Source: Candidatus Bathyarchaeota archaeon
GTDB lineage: Archaea; Thermoproteota; Bathyarchaeia; Bathyarchaeales; Bathycorpusculaceae
DNA length: 64,000 bases
Direction of reading: 5' to 3'
NCBI GenBank assembly: GCA_963811105.1
Contig: CAWEPZ010000001.1
Location: 1 to 64,000, forward strand
Shown: one piece after another, positions 43,006 through 51,709 of the stretch
Layout: each line of letters opens with the position of its first letter
Position numbering within the stretch: the stretch's first letter is position 1
The notes under the pieces: model-generated
The model's database searches: none
The model's input: the letters and a program-made list of their open reading frames with translations, nothing else
Told to the model about the DNA's origin: nothing
Program-made: the position numbers and the translations under genes

Positions 43006-43316
43006 TAGATATCGATAAGGCGTTGGCGACGGTAGTGAAAACTGGCAAAGTATCCTTTGGATCTAATGTCGCATTACAAAACGCTAAAACAGGCAAGGCT
43101 AAGATGATTGTTTTAGCCTCTAATTGTCCAAAAGACATAAAAGAACAGATAGAATACTATGGAGAAATCTCTAAAGTCCCCGTGGTAACATACAAAGGTG
43201 GCTCAATGGATTTAGCGGAAGTATGCAAAAAACTCTTCATTATTTCAGCCTTAAGCATCAGGGAAACAGGGGACTCAGACATTCTTAAAATAACCGAAGA
43301 ACCTAAAATAGAATAA
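43002..43316 (+). CDS. rpl30e: 50S ribosomal protein L30e
   Basis: VKTGKV..G, LASNCP, GDSDIL; canonical position in the operon. Confidence 0.95.
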   Translation: MIDIDKALATVVKTGKVSFGSNVALQNAKTGKAKMIVLASNCPKDIKEQIEYYGEISKVPVVTYKGGSMDLAEVCKKLFIISALSIRETGDSDILKITEEPKIE

Positions 43317-43333
43317 AAAATGGAGGAAAAAAA

Positions 43334-43771
43334 CTGACAACCGGCATAAAAATCACATGCGACGAAATGCGTTACATAGCTTTGTTTGAAAGCATAAGCG
43401 GCGCCAGCGTTAAAGATTGTATTGTAGACGAAGTAGAACAACGGGCGATATTCATCGTAAACCAAGGCCAAGTAGGGGTAGCCATTGGAAAAGGCGGTAG
43501 AAACATCCACACACTTGAACGAATGACAGGCAAAAAACACGAAATCATCGAGTACAGCGAAGACCCAGTTACATTCATGAAAAACGCCTTAAAACCAGCA
43601 GCAGTAAGAGAAGTGCGCGTTACAGAAAGAACTGATGGCAAGAAGATGGCAGTCATAACAGTCAACCCCAAAGATAAAGGCGTCGCAATAGGCAAGAACG
43701 GCAAAAACGCCGAACGTCTGCGATTTTTAGCAAAACGGTATTTCGATATTCAGAACGTAAGCATCACCTAA
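43334..43771 (+). CDS. nusA: Archaeal NusA (two KH domains); start extended from 43367 to the in-frame CTG
   Basis: RYIALFE, AIGKGG and AIGKNG KH motifs; upstream in-frame TTGIKITCDE after GGAGG. Confidence 0.93.
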   Translation: MTTGIKITCDEMRYIALFESISGASVKDCIVDEVEQRAIFIVNQGQVGVAIGKGGRNIHTLERMTGKKHEIIEYSEDPVTFMKNALKPAAVREVRVTERTDGKKMAVITVNPKDKGVAIGKNGKNAERLRFLAKRYFDIQNVSIT

Positions 43772-43971
43772 ACTGTCCTTTCGGATATTAGGCGATGAAA
43801 CGTAACTGCTTCATCGTATATTGTTAAGCTTAAATTTTTGAGATCCCAAAACTGAGAATAAAAGCATTTGTTGCTTAATTCAGAACACGACTATTACAAT
43901 ATATTTAGCAAAGCTCTCTTGAAAAGCATAAGGATTGTTTGATTTCAGGTTTATTTTTGAGCTAACGATAG

Positions 43972-44616
43972 CTAATCGTTTTCATCTTCTTGTTCTGCTT
44001 CTTCTTTGGGTTCAGCAACTTCAGCCTTTTTAGGTTCACTTAACAGAAGCATGTTGATTAGTGCTTTCTGATCAACTTCCGCTCTTGTTCGCCAATCCAA
44101 GAATAGGATTCCATTATCGTCTTGTCCAAGGTAGCCGTAGCGGATATAGCGGTCGATGTTTAAGCCGATTTTCCAATTTGGCATTTTCTCGCTTAGAAGT
44201 TTTTCAATGTCTTTTCGTGGTATTTGCCCTTTCTTGCTAATGATGTAAGAAATTGTTATGGCAAGGCCTGCTAAATCGTCGATGCGCCAGCCAATCAGTT
44301 TATCTTTAGTCTGCAAGTCGCCGCTTAGTGCAACGTAGAATCTTGCTTTATCCAACTCCTCCACTGTAGGTTTTTCTGGGGTTTTTTCTTCTTCAAAAAC
44401 CGTTTTAACATGCAATTCCAACGGTTTCAGATAATCGTCGAGTAAATCGAGTACTTTAGGGTAGTCTGCACCTAATGCTTTGTGCAACTCAAAGCCTCTT
44501 ACGCCTGGTTTCTGGTGTCGTTTGTAGAAGAGCATCTGGGTTGCCTTCTTGATTTTGCCTCCGTAGGTTCCTTTCTTCTTGCTCAATCTAATTCTCCTCT
44601 TTTCCATTTCTGCCAA
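43972..44616 (-). CDS. Tandem winged-helix KITE-like protein (MAGE/Nse3/ScpB-like)
   Basis: 'LAGLAITISYIISKKG..PRKDIEKLL...YGYL...LDWRTRAEVD..ALI' resembles MAGE WH-B; last gene of the SMC operon. Confidence 0.6.
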   Translation of the reverse strand: MAEMEKRRIRLSKKKGTYGGKIKKATQMLFYKRHQKPGVRGFELHKALGADYPKVLDLLDDYLKPLELHVKTVFEEEKTPEKPTVEELDKARFYVALSGDLQTKDKLIGWRIDDLAGLAITISYIISKKGQIPRKDIEKLLSEKMPNWKIGLNIDRYIRYGYLGQDDNGILFLDWRTRAEVDQKALINMLLLSEPKKAEVAEPKEEAEQEDEND

Positions 44617-45410
44617 TCTTCACTTGAAATGGCAATTGGAACAGATGTTGACTGCAATGTTAAAGGCTCCGTTCGGGGTTTGTCGAAGGCTTTTATGAAA
44701 ATCGTTTCTTCTAACCTGTCAATTTCTAACGTAGCGTAGCCATACGTAACTAAAAAGCTGGTTAAGAAGGCTCTTTGCACTGTTTTTTCGTAGGTTTCAG
44801 CACCTATGAAATCCCAATAGAGAACTTTGCCGTTTTGACCTCTCTTGGCAACACAGTTTTTGAGTTCTTGCCAATAATGGCTCAATTCATCAGAAAATTC
44901 TTTATCACTTAAAACTCTCTGCTTGATCAGTTCTTCTCTACTTGCGAACCCCATTAAGACTTCACTGGGTGGCAGATCTTTCCATCTTTCACTAATAGGA
45001 GCTAATGCATCCCAATAAAGCAAGCCCTGCGCTAACGTGTTTAGACTTATTTGTTCAAACTCAATTAACGGATTCCATGCCCTTAGAAAAACTTCAACCA
45101 TTTCTTGTTTATCCATCTGCAGGATTTTTTCTTCCAGCAAAAACGGGTCGGTGTAGAGCAAATTTGACCTTTGTTTTACCCATTCACTTTGTAATTTAAT
45201 GACTGTAGCTAAATGGTGGAGCGCCTCAGCATCAAGTTTTAGTTCCTCAGGATTTTCCCAATGTGGAAAATACTCTTTCACGACTTTAATTATTTCGTCA
45301 ACGTTAAACGTGAAGGGCTCAACCATGCGGTTTTCTATAGTAATGCACATTTCAATTATGCGCTCAAGCTTTTCCTTACCTAATGATTTATGTTGCTTTA
45401 TCTTCTGCAT
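44583..45410 (-). CDS. Kleisin-like protein (ScpA-like N-terminus, Nse4-like C-terminus)
   Basis: 'VEPFTFNVDEII...DAEALHHLATVIKLQS' and 'WDFIGAETYEKTVQRAFLTSFLVTYG...ISSEDW'; TAATG overlap with the SMC gene. Confidence 0.65.
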   Translation of the reverse strand: MQKIKQHKSLGKEKLERIIEMCITIENRMVEPFTFNVDEIIKVVKEYFPHWENPEELKLDAEALHHLATVIKLQSEWVKQRSNLLYTDPFLLEEKILQMDKQEMVEVFLRAWNPLIEFEQISLNTLAQGLLYWDALAPISERWKDLPPSEVLMGFASREELIKQRVLSDKEFSDELSHYWQELKNCVAKRGQNGKVLYWDFIGAETYEKTVQRAFLTSFLVTYGYATLEIDRLEETIFIKAFDKPRTEPLTLQSTSVPIAISSEDWQKWKRGELD

Positions 45411-47335
45411 TAGGCAGCCACCTCACGAACCACGGATTTTCCCTCAACATTCTGAACCGTAATGATGTTAGCGTCCTGTTGAGCAAAGGTGATTTGGCTT
45501 GGAGTAATAACGACGTACTGAGCATTAGCGTCTTTAATTATAGAAAGCAAGATTTTTGCAATCATTTCGCGATTCTTAGGGTCCATATGAATGTCATATT
45601 CGTCAACTGCCCGAAATGGGGAACGCACGTGTTGTTGGAGGGCTAATAGGAAACTCATTGTGGCTGTAGTTCGTTCGCCCCCGCTTTGTGTATGCGCGTC
45701 AAGCGCAACGGGTTTTCCTCCTTTGAAGCCAACCAATATTTCTAAACCTGCTGTTTCAATATCTTGAGCGTTTGAGAGTTGCACTTCGCCGGTTGCAAAG
45801 GTCTGGCTCATAATTCGCTGATACTCTAAGTTAACGCGTTCAAGCAGATTTTCCATGACTGTTTTCCAGGATTGCATTCGTATTTTGACTTCTTCAAGGG
45901 TTTTTTCTCGGTTGTCAGCTACAAGTTGGGCTTTGTCTTTAAGTTCCAAATAGAGTTTAGAGTACGATTCATACTGGCGTTCGATATCTTCTGAAACATC
46001 AGAAAGCGCCGCCAAATGTCCATCTGTCAGGCGGATTTCATCTTGAATGTCATTCGCGCTTTTAATAACTGCTATTCGTTCACCTGACAACTCAGCTTTT
46101 TGAATTGTTACCTTCAGGTTCTCTTGAATTTCCTTTAATGACTTTTCAATATCTTTCAAATTAATAGTAGCGTTTGCCCGCTTAAACTCCAAAAGCGCAA
46201 AATGCACTCGTTTGTCCAAAACCTCCTCCGTAAGTTTGGTGACAGAGTCCTCCAAATTCAGCATTTTTGTTTGATTATCTTTAATTTGCTCGCTTACCTT
46301 ACCGATTTGCAGCTGAGCTTTTTCGAGGATTTCTTTGAGGTTTTCATTTCTAAGAAGCTTAAGTTGGCTTTGGCTACCTTGTGTAATTTGCTCCAGCGCT
46401 TGTGTCTCTTCAAGCAGCTGTCCAATTAGTGATTGTGTGGATTGATTTTGGGCGATTTCACGTTCAAGGCTTAAACGTTCGTCAAAAGCTGTCCTATTTT
46501 CTTTTTTGAGTGTTTCTTGCTTGTTCTGCTGACTACTTAATCGGTTGGATGTGGCTTGTTTTTCTTCTTCAATTTTTGCCAGCCCATCCTTGTTTTTGTT
46601 TAGGTTAGTTTGTAAGCTTTTTAGAGTGTTTTCGCGTTTTTCAACTTCTGCCCAGGCCAACTCTCGTTCCAAAAAACGCCGTTTTATCAGAAGCTGCTTT
46701 TTCTCTTGGTATTTTTCATATTGTTCACGCCAGTAATTGAGCGTTTGTTGTGCTTGTTCTAAGAGTTTGGTTACGGATTCTTCTTGTGTGAGTATTCGCA
46801 TTAGTTTTGTTTTTGCCTGAAGTACGTTTTCGCGAAAAGGCTCTAGCCCAACCGCTGCTTCAACTATGCGCAGTTTCTCAATATTGCTTAGAACTGTAAA
46901 TTGCTCGACCATGTTCTGATGCATGATAATTAGCATGTTGTCCGGGTCAACACCAAACCTTCCAAGCAACCTATCAACATCTTGTTTGCCCACAGCTTTA
47001 TTTTCCAAGTCAAAGTAGTATTTTCCGTCTCGCCGCAAAACACGGGTTAGGAAAAGTTGGTCCTTGGAGTATTTCGGCACGGGACGTTTGTTGCCTTGCT
47101 TGCTGTTATCTAAAATTAATGTGACTCGTGCTTGGTCTTTTCCCCATCGAATTAAGTCGCTGAGTTTTCGTGAGCGCTCCGTGTACGATTGACCTAAAGC
47201 AACTGATATTGCCAAAAGGAGAGAGGATTTTCCAGCGCCATTTGGTCCACCAATCACATTTACTCCTTGTTTAAGGGGCACCCGAGCGTACTCATAACTC
47301 ATGAAATTTTCGAGTATAACTTCTTGGATTAACAT
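45410..47335 (-). CDS. Short SMC-family ATPase, Smc5/6-like
   Basis: LENFMSY, GPNGAGKSS, Q-loop MHQN, long coiled coil, QSGGER, SPFRAVDEYDIHMD, ITP. Confidence 0.9.
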   Translation of the reverse strand: MLIQEVILENFMSYEYARVPLKQGVNVIGGPNGAGKSSLLLAISVALGQSYTERSRKLSDLIRWGKDQARVTLILDNSKQGNKRPVPKYSKDQLFLTRVLRRDGKYYFDLENKAVGKQDVDRLLGRFGVDPDNMLIIMHQNMVEQFTVLSNIEKLRIVEAAVGLEPFRENVLQAKTKLMRILTQEESVTKLLEQAQQTLNYWREQYEKYQEKKQLLIKRRFLERELAWAEVEKRENTLKSLQTNLNKNKDGLAKIEEEKQATSNRLSSQQNKQETLKKENRTAFDERLSLEREIAQNQSTQSLIGQLLEETQALEQITQGSQSQLKLLRNENLKEILEKAQLQIGKVSEQIKDNQTKMLNLEDSVTKLTEEVLDKRVHFALLEFKRANATINLKDIEKSLKEIQENLKVTIQKAELSGERIAVIKSANDIQDEIRLTDGHLAALSDVSEDIERQYESYSKLYLELKDKAQLVADNREKTLEEVKIRMQSWKTVMENLLERVNLEYQRIMSQTFATGEVQLSNAQDIETAGLEILVGFKGGKPVALDAHTQSGGERTTATMSFLLALQQHVRSPFRAVDEYDIHMDPKNREMIAKILLSIIKDANAQYVVITPSQITFAQQDANIITVQNVEGKSVVREVAA

Positions 47336-47708
47336 TAAAGATTCTTAGCCTCTAATTCGAGCGTCCTATCTATGGAAAAACGCCTTATTAAAACAATATC
47401 AACCAAAATGGAGATATCTCCCGCACATCTTCCCCTTTTTCTGATGTTTTCGTCTGTTGTCTTCTTCTCTACGTTAGTTTGAGTAGTTTGGAGGTTTCTT
47501 CTTGATTGAATTTTACGTTGAAGCAGTGGAGACTTTTTGCGGTAAGAAGCGCTGTCAAGTTTTGATTTCTCTGCGTGTACCGGGGCTGCTTAAAGAGAAT
47601 ATGATTATGGATGTTCCTGAATCATGTAATTGCGAAGATGGTTGCAGCAAGGGAGCGTTTTATCTTTTGAAGGCTAGTACTTGGAGGACGTCTATGTACA
47701 TTTTAAGT

Positions 47709-47882
47709 TTAGAGCGTCTTGTTGGGAACTTTCACTTCTATGTTTGTAAAGCAATAGAGGTTTAACTGTGCCTGGTTTAATACTTCAAATCTGCTTTCGA
47801 ATGCTGTAAGGCGATCATCTAAAAGTATGTCTTGCATTCCAGCTGAGAGGGTTTCGGTGTTTTCATTTAGGGCTTCAGCCAT
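47709..47882 (-). CDS. 57-aa hypothetical protein
   Basis: MAEALNENTETLSAGMQDILLDDRLTAFESRFEVLNQAQ...; shares an MQxILL(D/E)D...ExR motif with 11511-11669. Confidence 0.45.
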   Translation of the reverse strand: MAEALNENTETLSAGMQDILLDDRLTAFESRFEVLNQAQLNLYCFTNIEVKVPNKTL

Positions 47883-48007
47883 CTTATTTTTTAGTTTCTT
47901 CCTGTTTTTGCTTGTTAGTTGATATAGAAAACCTCAACAATTCAAAAAAATCCTTATTATTAAGTTAACACGCGTATCATAGACTACTTTCACAGGCATT
48001 ATCAAAG

Positions 48008-49099
48008 ATGGGAGGGGATTCCAAATCAATGAATGGAGAAAAAATGACTCGCCGAAGACGTGAGACATTCTGGTTGGGGTTGCGTATCTATCGAGGGCTA
48101 TTATCAAACTTACTCGGAGTTAAGGTGCCAATGTTTTGTGGGCACAAATTAACATACAATTGCAATCTTCGATGCAAAATGTGCCCCTTCTGGAAAAGGT
48201 CCGCCAAAGATTCCAGTACAGCGCAAGAAAAAATGATTCTTAGGCAAATTCATGATTCAGGTGCTTGTGCAATTGCCTTTGAAGGCGGAGAACCACTCCT
48301 GAGAAAGGACTTGGTCGAAATTCTTGCTTTTTCTAGATCTCTGCCTTTGCACACAAGCCTCATAACTAATGGAACTCTCCTAGAATCCAAAATAGACGAA
48401 ATAGCACAATACATCAATGGCGCCCTCTATGTTTCATTAGATGGTCTAGAAAAAACTCATGACACAATTAGAGGCGTTAATGGTTGTTTTAGAAAAGCTT
48501 TGGAAGGCATAACTGCATCTAGAGACAAAGTTTCTGTGACAATCAACACCACGATAATGGCTGAGAATATTTATGAGATTGAAGATTTAGTGAAGTTGGC
48601 AAAGGAATTGGATGTAAAAATATCCGTGGCTACAGCGCATGATTACTACTACGCCAAGGCGTCCGCAGCTAAAAGTCAAGAAATCAAAGAGATAGCTGGA
48701 AAACTAGTCGAGATGAAAAAAAAGGGGTACCCGCTTGTAAATTCAGCCAGCTATTTAAGAGTCATTGAAAAAGAGAAAACATGGAGCTGCAAACCTTGGG
48801 CGACAGTTAACGTTGGTCCAGAGGGCCATTTGGTTCTGCCCTGTTATGTTCGGAATGAATATGCTAATAGCGTTTCTGTTTTAGAAACCAGTATTAAAAC
48901 TGCAATCTCCAAATTTGACTGGAGTGAAACACAAAACTGCCAAAGCTGCAATCTGCATTGTTACGTAGAGCCGTCTCTTGTGCTTTCAGGAGATTTTCGC
49001 ACATACCTAGATTGGATAATGCTTCTCGGAACTGACCGATTACAGAAAAAGCCCTTTTCCAATTCACCCAACAGAAAGCCAGCGCCTTTAAGCCCTTAG
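48008..49099 (+). CDS. Radical SAM/SPASM protein (PTO1314-like)
   Basis: CNLRCKMC, GGEPLLR, TNG, SLDG, C-terminal C...PC...CxxCxxxC. Confidence 0.88.
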   Translation: MGGDSKSMNGEKMTRRRRETFWLGLRIYRGLLSNLLGVKVPMFCGHKLTYNCNLRCKMCPFWKRSAKDSSTAQEKMILRQIHDSGACAIAFEGGEPLLRKDLVEILAFSRSLPLHTSLITNGTLLESKIDEIAQYINGALYVSLDGLEKTHDTIRGVNGCFRKALEGITASRDKVSVTINTTIMAENIYEIEDLVKLAKELDVKISVATAHDYYYAKASAAKSQEIKEIAGKLVEMKKKGYPLVNSASYLRVIEKEKTWSCKPWATVNVGPEGHLVLPCYVRNEYANSVSVLETSIKTAISKFDWSETQNCQSCNLHCYVEPSLVLSGDFRTYLDWIMLLGTDRLQKKPFSNSPNRKPAPLSP

Positions 49100-49212
49100 A
49101 ATCAGCCCTCTCAAGATCAATACTTTCCTGTAGATATTCATTGAGAGAGGAGACACCTCCAGCTAAAGAACACTGATTTAACATTGACAATGCAGGATGA
49201 ACGCACTCTAAG

Positions 49213-50091
49213 TTAGAAGTGTTTCATGATAAAATCCCTAATGGCTCTATGACCGGTCATGAGTTCAACTATCTTTTTTGTAACTTGCGTTATTTGAGTA
49301 TCAAATAATCTTGTCATAGCCAGGGAAAATACAAACACAAACGTGCCGATTATTATACTTTCAATAACATTTATTGAACCAAGATACCACACGATAAGAT
49401 ATGTAACCGCTGCACTTATGAGCCCCATTAGAAAAGATCTTATTATAAAATAAAGTCGCTGCAACCACGTAGAAAACAACAGAACCTTGATTACTGCTCT
49501 TTTCTCTAACTCATTTTCAGCCCCAGATTTTTCACCGCTTATCTTTTGCAAAACCCCTTTTGCATAATGAACATCGGACAAACGCAACATCATTTTAGCA
49601 TAACGAGCGTCTGACAAATCCGCGGAACTCGCAGATTCAAGCTCTAACAAAATCCTTCGCGATATTTCATCTATTTCAGCATCTACTCTCTCTATTTTAG
49701 CATCTTTAGTTACCATGGTAACCGTAACAATGCTTTTCTCTGGTTTCGAGGTAGCTGGGCGCTGGGAAAATCTCAATTGTTTCCTTATGATTAAGAGAAG
49801 CGCTAAAAGAATCAGTGCACCAATAACGCCTGAAGAGATGCCTGTGATGTACCAAGCTTTCCACGCTGGCATCAAGGTCATGAGGTACTTCAGCGACCCT
49901 ATTAGGATAAAGAGTGAAGCAGACCCGATGAATGAAATTGCAAGAGCAGTCAAAACGCTGAAAATTATGATTGTGATTAGAAGCTTTTTGAGGCGTTTCT
50001 TAATAGCAGTCCCTGTTTCATTTAGGTATTCTTTCAAAATGGCTTTTGTCTCATTGAACAATGCTTCGATAATTTCCTTTATTGTGGGCAT
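49213..50091 (-). CDS. Membrane protein with a holin-like N-terminal TM pair and a C-terminal TM pair
   Basis: Four hydrophobic segments around a soluble helical region. Confidence 0.6.
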   Translation of the reverse strand: MPTIKEIIEALFNETKAILKEYLNETGTAIKKRLKKLLITIIIFSVLTALAISFIGSASLFILIGSLKYLMTLMPAWKAWYITGISSGVIGALILLALLLIIRKQLRFSQRPATSKPEKSIVTVTMVTKDAKIERVDAEIDEISRRILLELESASSADLSDARYAKMMLRLSDVHYAKGVLQKISGEKSGAENELEKRAVIKVLLFSTWLQRLYFIIRSFLMGLISAAVTYLIVWYLGSINVIESIIIGTFVFVFSLAMTRLFDTQITQVTKKIVELMTGHRAIRDFIMKHF

Positions 50092-50377
50092 TTAATCATT
50101 ACTCCTTCGTCTAAAAAGCAACCTGGTCATAAACTTAACCGTCAATGCGATCCCCAATGTCAACAAAGGTCACTTTCGAATTTGTCATCACGTGTTGAGT
50201 CTGGTAACTATTTAAGCAATCTCCACTATGTAGTAGTGCAAAAGCTGAACACTTCTCGAAAGATACAAGGACTGAATTCTGAATGATCTGTTTTGTGGAG
50301 AGTTCGATTAATTTTCTAATAACCCATTGATCCATTGAGCTTCAAACAAGACAGCCAAATGTCAATATTATGCATTT

Positions 50378-50399
50378 GTTATTGCGTATTAACAATCAC
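50378..50399. promoter_or_regulatory. 22-bp palindromic operator
   Basis: GTTATTGC-GTATTA-ACAATCAC. Confidence 0.65.
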
Positions 50400-50567
50400 A
50401 AATGAAACGGATACCCTATTTTTCTCGTTTTCGTGTACGAGTGGCTACAAAAAAAATTGATTACACGCAAAAGCAGCTAAGCCTCTAATAATGAAAAAAA
50501 TGTGTTCGGGTGGTGAGTGTTCTTAGCGAAAAAGGATGTTTTCGTACACCACCTCATGTGGTAACGG

Positions 50568-50768
50568 TTACTGCTTCTTTTGTCTTACTGCGACCTTGGC
50601 TTTCATTTCAAAGATAGTGTCTTCGCCGGTTTTCCCAACACCAAAGTTCCATTCTAATACATCCACTTCCATGTCTTTGAAGTGCGAAACCCAAGTCTCC
50701 TGGAATTCACTCCATTTCTCGCCCATCTTCTGAATCTGTTCTTTGACGTCTATTTTTTGTTCTGGCAT
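50568..50768 (-). CDS. 66-aa hypothetical protein
   Basis: GGAGGTG Shine-Dalgarno before the ATG; operator and TATA upstream. Confidence 0.7.
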   Translation of the reverse strand: MPEQKIDVKEQIQKMGEKWSEFQETWVSHFKDMEVDVLEWNFGVGKTGEDTIFEMKAKVAVRQKKQ

Positions 50769-50849
50769 AATTTGTTACACCTCCTAAAAAATCCTAAAAA
50801 ATTGCGCAAGCCTAAGTTTACAGCTAGTCATTGGTTGATTTAAGTGTGT

Positions 50850-50871
50850 GTGACTGTGAAGCTGCAACTAC
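50850..50871 (-). promoter_or_regulatory. 22-bp palindromic operator next to TATA
   Basis: Minus strand GTAGTTGC-AGCTTC-ACAGTCAC-acaca-CTTAAAT. Confidence 0.65.
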
Positions 50872-50956
50872 AGATGTAAGTCATTATCGTCCAAACTCGA
50901 TTGACAAAACGTTACGTGGAGAAATAAAGAAGTTTAAATCAAGAAGCAAACAAGCT

Positions 50957-50978
50957 GTAACTGTTTATTGACAGCCAG
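50957..50978 (+). promoter_or_regulatory. 22-bp palindromic operator
   Basis: GTAACTGT-TTATTG-ACAGCCAG-acat-CTTAAAA. Confidence 0.55.
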
Positions 50979-51026
50979 ACATCTTAAAATAGACTGGCAA
51001 GTTAAAGATAAGTAAGGTTTTTGAAA

Positions 51027-51211
51027 ATGGGCGCACTTGATTTTCTTTTTGTCGTAGCTGCGATTCTTGTCATACTGTGGCTTCTGGGATTAGTGGAATA
51101 GAACCAAGCCAGATTCCTTGTCCAGACTGCGGAAAAACCTTCAAGACCCACTCAGAAATGGAGAGACACAGAGATACAACGCACCACGAAACAAAAGGTC
51201 ACAAGGAATAA
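51027..51211 (+). pseudogene. Truncated DUF5670 copy (51027-51101) abutting a start-less C2H2 zinc-finger ORF (51092-51211)
   Basis: MGALDFLFVVAAILVILWLLGLVE* overlaps SGIEPSQIPCPDCGKTFKTHSEMERHRDTTH..*. Confidence 0.65.
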
Positions 51212-51709
51212 CCAATAGTTCAAAAACTACAAAATCAACATATTCAAACGATATATTGTCATTGCAGGTTCCAGTCACTCTTTTAATAGAAATTCACTCG
51301 TTTTCTGTAGGTGCAATTCTTGGAAGAAACCAACAATAAGAAGAACTTCTAAAACGAATAAAAACTGAAGCTACAGGTTTAGATGTACTAAAACGATTAG
51401 AGATTGAAATTAAAGGCTCAGATGGAAAAATCAACGTTAAAAACATCTGTGTTCCAATAGATATAGTTAGGATTAGCTTGTTGAGGTTTCCAAAGAAACA
51501 ACTAATCACTTGAAAATGGTTGATGGCTTAGAAAAAGAAGCAAATGAAGAGGAATGGCATAAAGAGTGCCATCGATTGTTTGATGAATGGTTCCGAAAGT
51601 GGTTTTAGAAAAAATGATTATAAAAAAGTTCTTTAGGTTTATTCAGCTTCAATAGTCATCTCAGTTACGTACTCTAAATATCTTAGAATTACAATTCAGG
51701 GGAAGATTC

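Noticed and set aside
43972-47335. Wadjet/MksBEFG or Rad50-Mre11 system
   Set aside because: No JetD/Toprim nuclease or Mre11 adjacent, no zinc hook, and the head motifs are Smc5/6-like.
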